DNA of 64,000 nucleotides from a virus, in the IMG/VR virus record IMGVR_UViG_3300008448_000032, positions 1 to 64,000 of that record; one strand, given 5' to 3'. The notes under the pieces were generated by a model. The model worked only from the letters and a program-made list of their open reading frames with translations. It did not search any database and was not told where the DNA came from. Positions 36,781 to 46,407 of this stretch are shown piece after piece. A program made the position numbers and the translations under genes. The stretch's first letter is position 1. Each line of letters opens with the position of its first letter.

Positions 36781-37749
36781 ATGAGAGAAATTCTAGAATA
36801 CGAAAGTTTTAATCCTCTTCACGAATCTAAAAAATATGAGGGCCTAAGATCTGTTAAAAAAACTTGGGGTGGAGAATACATTCTAGACGTTGACGATTAT
36901 CAAAAGACAAACAGCAAACCTTTAAAGGGATCTATATTAATAGGAAAGGATAGCGGAAAAGCCGTTGCTCTTACATATTTAAATCCGGATGGAAGCGAAT
37001 CTAAATACCTTTGGGTTCCTTATTTCGGAGCTTATATGAATAGAAATACCGCAGGAGGGATAAGCTCTATTAAAATAACACCTTATAAAAATTGGTTATC
37101 GCAGTCAGAAAATGAAAAAAAGCTTGAAGATTTTTTAGATGGATTTCAAGAATCTATAGAAAAAGAAAAAACTGAAAGCGAGAAAACCGTAGGACTTCAG
37201 GCACAAAAAGATTTAGACCTTATATTAGACATGTACGGAATAAATTCTCCGATAGAAAAATTTGAAAAAGGGGATAGAGAAAATGAATGGAGAGCTATTC
37301 TAGAAAATGGATTTGTCGTCATAATAAAAAAGAGATCTTCTGAGGATCTTGTAGGAGAATTTAGAATTTACCCCAAGGAAAAAGAAGAATTTCCATATAT
37401 AGAGATAAGCACGGAAAAAAATGAGAAAGGGTTTAAATTTAAAAGACCCGGAGAATATATGATTCGAAGAAGAATAGATATGACCGACCTCAAAAAAGAT
37501 CCCGTAGCTTTATACCTGTTTAAGAATATAACAGGTCTCCAAGAATATGAGGACGAAAAATCATTATTGAACTATTTTGAATCTCTAGTAAAATCTCAGG
37601 ATACTTCTTACCAAATGTCGGATGATTCCAGATCTTATAAGAGTGGACAGTCCGAAAGAGAAGAAATAAATCTGGTTTCCAAATTACTAGAGGATTTCTT
37701 AACTTCTAAAAAAATAGAAGAAATCTACACAAAGAACAAAAAAAGATAG
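36781..37749 (+). CDS. Hypothetical protein with leader MREILEYESFNPLHE
   Basis: 322-aa ORF. Confidence 0.55.
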   Translation: MREILEYESFNPLHESKKYEGLRSVKKTWGGEYILDVDDYQKTNSKPLKGSILIGKDSGKAVALTYLNPDGSESKYLWVPYFGAYMNRNTAGGISSIKITPYKNWLSQSENEKKLEDFLDGFQESIEKEKTESEKTVGLQAQKDLDLILDMYGINSPIEKFEKGDRENEWRAILENGFVVIIKKRSSEDLVGEFRIYPKEKEEFPYIEISTEKNEKGFKFKRPGEYMIRRRIDMTDLKKDPVALYLFKNITGLQEYEDEKSLLNYFESLVKSQDTSYQMSDDSRSYKSGQSEREEINLVSKLLEDFLTSKKIEEIYTKNKKR

Positions 37750-37777
37750 AAACTTTTCTCTTTTATTTTTCTATTAT
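37749..37777 (+). promoter_or_regulatory. Putative promoter GAAAC-N18-TATTAT
   Basis: Same boxes and spacing as 7656-7684. Confidence 0.55.
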
Positions 37778-37782
37778 CCTTG

Positions 37783-38064
37783 ATGGAAATAGATAAGTCT
37801 TTTATTCTCAATAAGGGAGAAACTTTAATACTTAAAAAGAAGGGTGGTTTTATTTATATGGAATTTACCAGAAGAAATGAGAAACACCTTCACGACATCA
37901 TAGAATTAGAATATAGAAATTCTAGGAGTAAGAAGAAGGACCCTTCGACTTGGATAATCGAAAAAGATTTTATCTCTAGAATTCTTTACGAGATAAATTC
38001 TTGTGGGTTTGAATTTCACGAGATCAAAAAGGTAGAAAAAATAAACAAAAAAGAATCAAAATGA
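37783..38064 (+). CDS. Hypothetical protein
   Basis: ORF 5 nt after the promoter. Confidence 0.5.
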   Translation: MEIDKSFILNKGETLILKKKGGFIYMEFTRRNEKHLHDIIELEYRNSRSKKKDPSTWIIEKDFISRILYEINSCGFEFHEIKKVEKINKKESK

Positions 38065-38070
38065 TTCATA

Positions 38071-38706
38071 ATGAGAAAATTAATTTCTTTTTTTAAAACA
38101 AAAAAACAGGATTCAAAAATGGAAACTAAGGAGAAAAATTTAGAAGATTTAACGTTAAAATATCGTGGAATGGTATTTGAATGGATCAAAGGTGATTTAG
38201 CAGGATCCTCTAATTTATTTAAAGGGGTCAAACAAACCGGGGAAAATTTCTTTATAGAGTTTGTAGAAGGAGGAAGAATAAACGAGGAACTAGTTGAGGA
38301 GTATACTCTTTTTTATCCTGCTCCCCCTACCCCACAGTCTTTACAAATACCAGGATCCCCCGAAAAATCATCAACTGTTACATCTATAGTTTATGGGGAA
38401 TCCCAAAAGGCTTCTAACCCCGATTCCCCTATTTATAATCTTCTGGTTAAGCAGAAGAAAAATATGGTAGAGGTTTCTATTAAAATAGAATTAAATCTTC
38501 CTTCCAAGGAATTATATAGCGTTCTTTCTTCCTCTTTCGAAGATGCAGAAAATGAAATTATAAAATTTGTTATCGACGGGGTAGATATAGAGGATATAAA
38601 AAAATCTCTGTCGGAGTCGATAAAAAGAAATTACTATTCCCCAGGATCTTCTCTGGAAAAAAATTCCGGAAAAAAGATAAATAAGGAAAAAGATACTAAT
38701 GAATAA
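38071..38706 (+). CDS. Hypothetical protein
   Basis: 211-aa ORF in operon. Confidence 0.55.
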   Translation: MRKLISFFKTKKQDSKMETKEKNLEDLTLKYRGMVFEWIKGDLAGSSNLFKGVKQTGENFFIEFVEGGRINEELVEEYTLFYPAPPTPQSLQIPGSPEKSSTVTSIVYGESQKASNPDSPIYNLLVKQKKNMVEVSIKIELNLPSKELYSVLSSSFEDAENEIIKFVIDGVDIEDIKKSLSESIKRNYYSPGSSLEKNSGKKINKEKDTNE

Positions 38707-39283
38707 GGAAGAAAAAATATTATACTCGTCCGATAGATTTGAAGTCGTGGATGCAGGAGAAAATAAAGGGGTTAGAACTAAATGGGATTCCGTGTTAATA
38801 CTTCCTTTTGTTTCTGATGATAGGGGTCTTCCTTTAAGTCTGGGGGTTTTAAATGAGAGAAATTTTTTTAGAAATGGAGGGTATGCTCTATCAGTTATAT
38901 CAGGGAGTCCGGAAGACGAAGATCCCAATACTCTAGCTACCGCACAGAGAGAACTTTTAGAAGAAACCGGATATGACGTTAAAGAAGAAGAAAGATGGTA
39001 TTTTTTAGGAACATTGACCGGAAGTAAATTTGTCGATTCTATACATCCTTGTTATGGAGTGGATATTTCAAATCTAAACCCAGGAGAACCTTTAACTGAT
39101 GGATCAGAGCAAGAAAAACTTTCTCAATTTGTTCTTATTCCGTCGAACCAAGTTTTGTCTATAGAAGATCCTTTTGTTCCTTCTTTATTCCTTCGGATTT
39201 TTAAATATGTTGTGGGAATGGACATATATAATAGAGAGGATTCTATATTTTCTAAGAAAAAAGAAATAAACACCGAAATTTAA
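38699..39283 (+). CDS. Nudix hydrolase
   Basis: GSPEDEDPNTLATAQRELLEETGY Nudix box. Confidence 0.8.
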   Translation: MNKEEKILYSSDRFEVVDAGENKGVRTKWDSVLILPFVSDDRGLPLSLGVLNERNFFRNGGYALSVISGSPEDEDPNTLATAQRELLEETGYDVKEEERWYFLGTLTGSKFVDSIHPCYGVDISNLNPGEPLTDGSEQEKLSQFVLIPSNQVLSIEDPFVPSLFLRIFKYVVGMDIYNREDSIFSKKKEINTEI

Positions 39284-39287
39284 TAAA

Positions 39288-39581
39288 ATGAATCGAGCAC
39301 AGAGAAGAAAAATGCTTAAAGATGCGGGCTTGTTAGGAAAGCAAGCAGAGAAAAACGGAATAAAAATAGACAAAAGAGAGCTAAATTCCCTTATTAAATC
39401 AGGAGAAGATAAAAGAAGATCGGATCTCCAAAGAATAAAAAATCAAAAGATAAGCGAGGGGAAAGTAGAAAAAAATACCTCAGAGGAATTCATACAATTT
39501 GTTACATATCCAACAGATACTTATAGTGGTCTATCCACTTTTTTAAGTAATCCGGATTGGGAAGATACCGGGAATGATTAA
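39288..39581 (+). CDS. Hypothetical protein (NRAQRR N-terminus)
   Basis: ORF in operon. Confidence 0.5.
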   Translation: MNRAQRRKMLKDAGLLGKQAEKNGIKIDKRELNSLIKSGEDKRRSDLQRIKNQKISEGKVEKNTSEEFIQFVTYPTDTYSGLSTFLSNPDWEDTGND

Positions 39582-39925
39582 TGGAAGTCCTTATGCCTGA
39601 AACTAAGAACCTGGTTTTTTATATCTCTAAATATAGTCCCAAGGAATCTAAAAAAAGAATAGAAGATATTCTAGACTTTTATATAGTTGACATATCTAAA
39701 ATAATAAAAGATCTCGGGTATGACACTAAAAATTTGACCGTACAATCAGAATTTATACTCAATTATTCAATTCATAAAAAAATCATTCATGGAATATATA
39801 ATAGTAAATGTGAGGGTATTCTCATTTGCTATAGAGGTAATTCTCCGGATTTCGTGGATAATTTAATTTCATTCATCGAAGAATTACAGGAACCAATAGA
39901 ATACTCTTTCAATTTTATAAATTGA
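39581..39925 (+). CDS. Hypothetical protein
   Basis: ORF coupled through a TAATG overlap. Confidence 0.5.
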   Translation: MEVLMPETKNLVFYISKYSPKESKKRIEDILDFYIVDISKIIKDLGYDTKNLTVQSEFILNYSIHKKIIHGIYNSKCEGILICYRGNSPDFVDNLISFIEELQEPIEYSFNFIN

Positions 39926-39937
39926 AATTAATTTTTT

Positions 39938-41848
39938 ATGTATTACTTTTCAGGGACAAACCCTAACGATGCAACAGATGGATTTAGCGCTGGGGAAAAT
40001 TATCCAGGGTCTCCTTTATATCAAAGTATATTACAGGAAAGATCAGGTCTTCTAAATTCCTATCTTAGCAACATAGGATCCGAAAATCCGACAAAAGCTA
40101 AATTTGGACTTCCCAGATCTCTTTTTTACGACGGAGCAAAATTAGATCCCGATGTTAAACAGGCAGAAAAGTATGGGCTCTTTATGTTCTATTCTTTCGA
40201 CGGATCAGGGGGAACTAATTTTTTCTTGGATCAATATTACCTATCTGAGAAACCAGAATATAATAAATTAATATCCTCTCCCGCTTCCAAAAATCCCACA
40301 GCTGCCCAGCTGGTAAGAAATAGCGATGCTTCTCTGTTATTATCAGCGGGAAAAAGTGCTGATGAGATTCAAAAGAATAATCCTATAAGAGGGGGAATAC
40401 ACGCTCCTTATTATTGGAAAGATTTTGTTTATTGTAAATATTATGGGACTATACCTAATAATAGACTAATAACTCTAAGAAGGTTTTCTAGTCCGGTTTT
40501 AGATAATTTTTCTCTTCCCCCGGGATTGAGAAATGCTGAAAACCTAAAGAAGGGGGTAGGTATGCCTGTCGCACAAGCGGTTACTTGGTTTGGAGGGAAT
40601 ACCGGGAATACTTTAAGTACTCTCGTAGGATTTAGCACCGGATTAGCTTGGACCGATCAACAAATTGATGCTGAAAAAATACAGAAAGCTTTTGGGGATG
40701 GACTTATTAATTCTACTGCATTCGAAACCCTTAGCGATTTAGTCTCCCAGGCAGGAGGTAACGGAACAGATGTAAAATTAAGGGAGGAGGAAAAAAAATT
40801 AGGAGTAGAAGCTTTAGCTACAGGTCTTAGCCCAGATAGAGAACAGCTAACAAGAGAAAGATACTATAAAGCTTTTTTCGATGCCGTTAAAACCGACACC
40901 GAAGGAAGATTTGGTATCCTTAATGAAAAAATATGGGTTCCTGTAGATGTTATAAAAAGCACATCAAAAAGAGATTTTGGATTAGATTTTACTTGGCAAG
41001 ATCTTGTTCTTAAATTTTCATACGATCTTACCTCAGTAGGAGAAGTTAATAGTAAAGCAGCTATGTTTGATATCCTAGGTAATTTGCTCTCAATAGGAAC
41101 AAACTATGGTAATTTTCTAACCCCTTATATAAGATATAATTCTGAATACTCAGCTTTAACTTTTCCTGGGGGGGATGCGGGGGCAAAACTTTTCTATACA
41201 GATCTTAACCAATTTATTTTTAATAACATACAAAAAATGTTTATTAGCGATAATTCCAGTACTACCGGGGTAGGAGGAACTACGGTAGATAAGCCTAAAG
41301 TAGAAGGATTTGAAACGAAGCTAACGCAGTTACAAGCAGATCTAAATGATGGAGTAATTGACAATCCCGAATTGGCAAAAGAACTTTTTGATGCTATACA
41401 ATCCGTTTTTGGATCGAGAGCAGCCCAAGAATGGCAAGCTCCTATTTCTATGTACAGCGGAGCTGCGATAGGAGAATGGCATGTTGTTATAGGAAATCCA
41501 TATAATCCAATAGCAATGATAGGAAATCTTATATGTAAAGGGGTAGTTATTAAATTTTCAGATACATTAGGACCTGACGATTTCCCTTCTGGTTTAGAAG
41601 CTGAGATAACCGTAGGACACGCAAGACCTAGGGAGAGAGGAGAAATTGAAAGTATATTTAATAGAGGAGATGGAAGACTTTATCAAAGTGTTCAGACTAC
41701 TTCTTCTAATGCACAAACGTACAATTCCGAATTTGATGTTTCTGGGCAGGTATTCAATCCCCTTACTATTCCTACTTTCTATAATCCTTCCGATGGAGGA
41801 TTACCAGGATCCGGAGGCCCAGTAACTTTTGATGACCTTGAATTGTAG
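39938..41848 (+). CDS. Putative baseplate tube-cap/initiator protein (tail-tube fold)
   Basis: Lies before the gp53-like gene; C-terminal WHVVIGNP...GNLICKGVVIKFS...FP..LEAEITV pattern. Confidence 0.5.
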   Translation: MYYFSGTNPNDATDGFSAGENYPGSPLYQSILQERSGLLNSYLSNIGSENPTKAKFGLPRSLFYDGAKLDPDVKQAEKYGLFMFYSFDGSGGTNFFLDQYYLSEKPEYNKLISSPASKNPTAAQLVRNSDASLLLSAGKSADEIQKNNPIRGGIHAPYYWKDFVYCKYYGTIPNNRLITLRRFSSPVLDNFSLPPGLRNAENLKKGVGMPVAQAVTWFGGNTGNTLSTLVGFSTGLAWTDQQIDAEKIQKAFGDGLINSTAFETLSDLVSQAGGNGTDVKLREEEKKLGVEALATGLSPDREQLTRERYYKAFFDAVKTDTEGRFGILNEKIWVPVDVIKSTSKRDFGLDFTWQDLVLKFSYDLTSVGEVNSKAAMFDILGNLLSIGTNYGNFLTPYIRYNSEYSALTFPGGDAGAKLFYTDLNQFIFNNIQKMFISDNSSTTGVGGTTVDKPKVEGFETKLTQLQADLNDGVIDNPELAKELFDAIQSVFGSRAAQEWQAPISMYSGAAIGEWHVVIGNPYNPIAMIGNLICKGVVIKFSDTLGPDDFPSGLEAEITVGHARPRERGEIESIFNRGDGRLYQSVQTTSSNAQTYNSEFDVSGQVFNPLTIPTFYNPSDGGLPGSGGPVTFDDLEL

Positions 41849-41876
41849 GGGGATAAAATTAATTTAATATAAAGAC

Positions 41877-42455
41877 ATGCTAACTATAGACACATTATTC
41901 GTAAACAAAGAGATATTTAATCCTAATCCTGAAAATGAGGCTTCTTCTTTTGGTATATGGGATTTAACAAAATCTTCGGTAAATTATAATATAGGATTTA
42001 TGAATTCCCGAAAGATTTATACGGTACCCGAAGGCCAGGAAATGAGACCAGATCTTATATCTCTTTACCAAACAGGGGATATCCAGTATTGCGGATCTAT
42101 AATGAAAATCAATGGAATATCAAATCCTTTTGCTATAGACAAAGGACAATCTATGTTTATACTAACCCCTTCGGTAATACAAAAAACCTACGAAAAGAAA
42201 AAGAATGAAAATACTCAGGGGGGATCTAATAAATCTTCCGCCCTGGATAACATTAAAAAAACACAGGAAGATAAAAAATTTAAAATTAGCCCCGGAAGAA
42301 AAAAATTCTTAGATAAATCGGTAAAAAATACTCCCCCTTTAATTTTACCTCCTAACGTCTCCCAGCCAGGGGATAGAAGATTTTCAAGGAAGGGAAGAGT
42401 ATTTACTTTTGCTCCTGATGCAGGAAAGGGAGGATTTAATAGACCTTTAATATAA
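41877..42455 (+). CDS. Baseplate wedge LysM-like protein (T4 gp53-like)
   Basis: YTVPEGQEMRPDLIS...G...IMKINGISNPF. Confidence 0.7.
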   Translation: MLTIDTLFVNKEIFNPNPENEASSFGIWDLTKSSVNYNIGFMNSRKIYTVPEGQEMRPDLISLYQTGDIQYCGSIMKINGISNPFAIDKGQSMFILTPSVIQKTYEKKKNENTQGGSNKSSALDNIKKTQEDKKFKISPGRKKFLDKSVKNTPPLILPPNVSQPGDRRFSRKGRVFTFAPDAGKGGFNRPLI

Positions 42456-42458
42456 AAA

Positions 42459-43964
42459 ATGGCTTCTACCAGAATAAATCAAATATCTTTAAATGATATT
42501 AAATTAGATCAGCAATTTCTAGTAGTAGAAGGAAATGATCCCAGAGATCAAGATTCAAATTCAGGCGAAAGGACAGGGGTTCTTTCTCCGTACATGACTA
42601 TAAATGCTTATCCTGTTGGATATTACCTAAAATCATTTAAATTAGATTTAACCGGATTTTTACCGGTTATTAATTTCTCTTTTTCCGCAAAAAACTCCAC
42701 TTTTATCTCTGTTAATTACCCCAAGGACGGGGATATAGTTTCGGTTTATATCGCTTCTCCTGAGGAATATTATAAACCGATGAGAATGGATTTCAATATA
42801 CTGAATGTAAAGAGTGACGTTTCCAGTAGATATTCGGATTCAGGAAGTGCATCGGAGCCAGACTGGAGCCAATTGAAATTTCAGGTAATGGCAGAATGCA
42901 GGGTTCCTTCCCTATATACTCCAGTTATAAAAGCATTTAGAGAAAAAAGCTCCTGGCAAACCCTATTAGAGGTATCGGAAGATCTCGGTCTAGGGTTTTC
43001 GACTAATGAGGATACGACAGAGGACATTATGACTTGGATATGCCCGAATTATTCCTATTATGATTTTATACAAGAAGTATCTTTAAGATCGTATAAAGAT
43101 GATAATGTTAGTTTTTTTGATTGCTGGATAGATCAATACTATAATCTAAATTTTGTAAATTTAGGTACTCAATTTGAACAGCAGGATATAGTAAAAGAAG
43201 AAATTGTTTTTCTACCTGGGTATTATGCAAATTCGGTGTATAAAGCTGATGCCAAATTAAGTGCAAAAACTAAACTCGAACCAATTAAAACCCCCCTCAT
43301 CTTACAGAATACCTTAGATAAAAATACATACCCTTTTGCTATAAATGGATACACTTTAATTTCAAATTCTGGTACTAATGTAAATAAAACCGGTTACATA
43401 GTAAATATTGGGTTTTATGATGAAAATCAGGAAGAGGAGAATCCTGAAAATAAGTATGTTAATTACGATATAGAATCTATAACTAATAACGATGCTATAA
43501 TATCAGGAAAAATATTACAGAAGGGAAGGGGAAATGAGGAAGAATACAAAAAAGAGAAAAGAAGAGAATGGCTCGGAATACTAAACAAAAAAGATGAAAG
43601 CGGAGGTGTTCACCTAAATTATCTCCATTCTAAATATCAAAATCTTATAAATTATAATGATTGCACCAAATTTACTCTCAAAGTCGAACTTGACGGTTAT
43701 TTTGCTGGGATATACAGGGGTCAGGTAGTTCCTGTATTGATAGAAGTTAAAAATGTGAACCTTAGGAGAGAAAATGTAGGCAATAATAATTCTATCGGAC
43801 CTAAAACTGATAATTTTCTATCCGGTAATTATGTGGTAATGGGATCGGAAGTTAATTGGGGAGATTCGGTAGGGTTTAAGCAGATACTATATTTATGCAA
43901 AAGAGATTGGATAGTAAACAGAGCAAGTGGGCTTCCTAAAGTTTATCCTTTCGTTTTAGAATAA
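42459..43964 (+). CDS. Putative baseplate hub protein (gp27-like)
   Basis: Synteny; IYRGQVVPV...DNFLSGNYVV...QILYL C-terminal hub pattern. Confidence 0.55.
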   Translation: MASTRINQISLNDIKLDQQFLVVEGNDPRDQDSNSGERTGVLSPYMTINAYPVGYYLKSFKLDLTGFLPVINFSFSAKNSTFISVNYPKDGDIVSVYIASPEEYYKPMRMDFNILNVKSDVSSRYSDSGSASEPDWSQLKFQVMAECRVPSLYTPVIKAFREKSSWQTLLEVSEDLGLGFSTNEDTTEDIMTWICPNYSYYDFIQEVSLRSYKDDNVSFFDCWIDQYYNLNFVNLGTQFEQQDIVKEEIVFLPGYYANSVYKADAKLSAKTKLEPIKTPLILQNTLDKNTYPFAINGYTLISNSGTNVNKTGYIVNIGFYDENQEEENPENKYVNYDIESITNNDAIISGKILQKGRGNEEEYKKEKRREWLGILNKKDESGGVHLNYLHSKYQNLINYNDCTKFTLKVELDGYFAGIYRGQVVPVLIEVKNVNLRRENVGNNNSIGPKTDNFLSGNYVVMGSEVNWGDSVGFKQILYLCKRDWIVNRASGLPKVYPFVLE

Positions 43965-43995
43965 ATCTAATTTTAGATAAATATAAATAAAAGTC

Positions 43996-46407
43996 ATGAG
44001 TTTTGGTTTTTCAGGAGCAACCGATAGGGATAGGTATAGGTTTTTAAGCGGGTTTAAGCTTAACGACCAGGGAAAAAATGAGGATCCAACATATCTCGGA
44101 TTCTCCGTAGATTTTGTTTTTGATGATGGCCCGGGGATAGATTCGGATTATGGAACACCAATAAGTCCTTTATTTAGAGAGGGAAACTATTCCCCTATTG
44201 CTGGTCCGAATATATTCGGGCAAGACCAATATCAATTCAGAACCGGAGAAGTTTTGTTTTATTCTGCTCAAAGATATTTAGAGAATAGAGAGCAGAGGGA
44301 AAATTTTACTACGGTCGGAAAAAGATCCCAGATGCTTAAACAATTTAAAATTCTTTTAAGGGATATAACAAAAAATCAGCCTTGGTTTTTTCAATCGATA
44401 TCCGGTCTTGATGCCCTATATAAAGTTGCAAGACCAGGATTTCAGGATCAGGGGGGATCCGATGATTTTAATCCTTCTAGAGCTAATACCATAGAAATAA
44501 AAACTTTAGAGTCTTTAAATTTAAGAATGACCGCTCTTGCGGATTTATATAATCACGCTACTTTCGATTACGTGAATATGAGAGAGACTATTCCTAGAAA
44601 TTTAAGAAGATTCAGGATGAACATTTTTGTTACGGATCTTAGAAATTTCTTCAAAACGAATAGACTTATAAATTCTTCTACCACCCTAAGTACGATAGCC
44701 AATACTGCAAATTTATTGGGCTCGGGAATAAATCCAGGAAATAATTTAGCTGCTTCTACTTTGGACAGCACGGGGAATTTTGCAACGGATAGCGGATCTG
44801 GAGGACTTCTCAATATTGGCCAAAATGCCTTAAGTTCTGAAGGATTGAGCAATCAGCAGGATCAAACTGGGATTAAGCCCATAATTGTTATACAGTGTAG
44901 TAATTGCGAGTTTGATTTTACTGAAAGTTCTCCCATATCTTCCGATATAAATGCGGGAACCGACGCAGGACAACCCCTAGAACAATCCTTTAAAATCCAC
45001 GTAGGAAGAGTAAGAATAAGAAGCCAGTATCCAAATATAAGGTTGGACAAAAGACAATTGATAATATCTGATGATGTGTTTACCGAAAAGAGCTCAGTCC
45101 AGGCTTACGAAGGAGATCCTTCGGGAAGAACTATTTTTGGTATTGATGTTTCGAATGGTCCAGCAGGGGATCTACTTGAACAAGGAGGAAATGCTGTTAA
45201 TAATTTAATAGGAAACACTGTAAATGACCTTTACAACCGGGGAGCTCAAATATTAGGGGATTCCCTTAGTGGAGTAGATCAATTGTTACTGGGAAATATA
45301 TACTCTTTTAATCCTTCCGAAATAATAAACGCTTCCGATTTAAGTTTAAACGATATTAGGGATTTTTCAAATCAAAAATCTAGTGTAAATATTTCTCGAG
45401 CTGAAAGAGAAGGGTTACCTAACCCTCAGACAATGGGAAAAGGGGGTCCTCCTGAAAATAAGTATTCTACCCGAAAATTAGGGGCAAAAGGACAGGACGA
45501 ATATCCGAGAGTTCCTGGACGAGATCTAGGTGTTACGCCTCCAGGTTCTCCAACGATAGGAAGAGTTTATGACAATGTTGGGAGTCCTTCCGATGCTTAT
45601 ACTAATGTTCCGGGAAAAGATTTAGGCCCACCGGGAAGAACTTACAGAGCTCCTAGAGAAGATGATAAATACAAAGGAGTTCCAGGAAAGGATCTTGGGG
45701 GTCAAAGAAGAATTTATAAGAACCCAACAGGAGATTCTTATAAGGGGGTTCCTGGTAAAGATTTAGGGGTTCCCCAAAGAGTTTATCCTACCACAAATGA
45801 GGATTTTTATCCTGATGTACCCGGAAAAGATCTAGGTGTTCCCCAAAGAGTTTATCCGGATATTAAAGAGGATATTTACCCCGACGTACCAGGAAAAGAT
45901 TTAGGAGTTCCCGAAAGAAGATATCCTTTGGTAAATGACGATATTTATCCTGACGTACCGGGTAAAGATTTAGGAGTTCCGGAAAGAAGATATCCTTTGC
46001 TAAATGACGATATTTACGCTGACGTACCTGGTAAAGATTTAGGGGTCCCTGGAAGAAAATACCCTTTGGTTAATGATAATTTATATAGAGACGCTATTGT
46101 AAAATCTAATGAGTTAAAATCTAGAGAAATAGTTTATAAAGAAGAAATAAAATCTAAAAACTCTGGGCTAGGAGATGCATATACGGACCCCAAAAAGGAT
46201 TTATCCCAGTTCGACACTAAACCTTCCCCGGTATACCCTCAGGAGAAAACAAAATATTTCAGAGGAGGTCTTGGCGATCTTTATCCCCCTACGCAAGAAG
46301 ATTTTAACCCAGATTCTCCAGGGGATTTAGGAAACTTAAAACCTAAAGGGTCGTATAATATAAGTCTTGGAGGTAAAAATCCAGACCCTACTAAATTTAA
46401 TTCTTAA
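43996..46407 (+). CDS. Tail/baseplate structural protein with C-terminal 23-aa repeats
   Basis: N-terminal EDPTYLGF...PWFFQSISGL...LESLNLRM; 8 VPG[KR]DLG repeats; GATAAATA at 43976. Confidence 0.55.
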   Translation: MSFGFSGATDRDRYRFLSGFKLNDQGKNEDPTYLGFSVDFVFDDGPGIDSDYGTPISPLFREGNYSPIAGPNIFGQDQYQFRTGEVLFYSAQRYLENREQRENFTTVGKRSQMLKQFKILLRDITKNQPWFFQSISGLDALYKVARPGFQDQGGSDDFNPSRANTIEIKTLESLNLRMTALADLYNHATFDYVNMRETIPRNLRRFRMNIFVTDLRNFFKTNRLINSSTTLSTIANTANLLGSGINPGNNLAASTLDSTGNFATDSGSGGLLNIGQNALSSEGLSNQQDQTGIKPIIVIQCSNCEFDFTESSPISSDINAGTDAGQPLEQSFKIHVGRVRIRSQYPNIRLDKRQLIISDDVFTEKSSVQAYEGDPSGRTIFGIDVSNGPAGDLLEQGGNAVNNLIGNTVNDLYNRGAQILGDSLSGVDQLLLGNIYSFNPSEIINASDLSLNDIRDFSNQKSSVNISRAEREGLPNPQTMGKGGPPENKYSTRKLGAKGQDEYPRVPGRDLGVTPPGSPTIGRVYDNVGSPSDAYTNVPGKDLGPPGRTYRAPREDDKYKGVPGKDLGGQRRIYKNPTGDSYKGVPGKDLGVPQRVYPTTNEDFYPDVPGKDLGVPQRVYPDIKEDIYPDVPGKDLGVPERRYPLVNDDIYPDVPGKDLGVPERRYPLLNDDIYADVPGKDLGVPGRKYPLVNDNLYRDAIVKSNELKSREIVYKEEIKSKNSGLGDAYTDPKKDLSQFDTKPSPVYPQEKTKYFRGGLGDLYPPTQEDFNPDSPGDLGNLKPKGSYNISLGGKNPDPTKFNS
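45500..46080 (+). repeat. Coding tandem repeat, 69-bp period in its regular part (YPDVPGKDLGVPxRxYPxxNDDI)
   Basis: Units at 45811, 45880 and 45949 are spaced exactly 69 nt; 8 copies of the core. Confidence 0.9.

Noticed and set aside
45500-46080. Regularly spaced repeats as a possible CRISPR array
   Set aside because: Repeats are in frame, vary at synonymous positions and have similar rather than unique spacers, so this is a protein repeat
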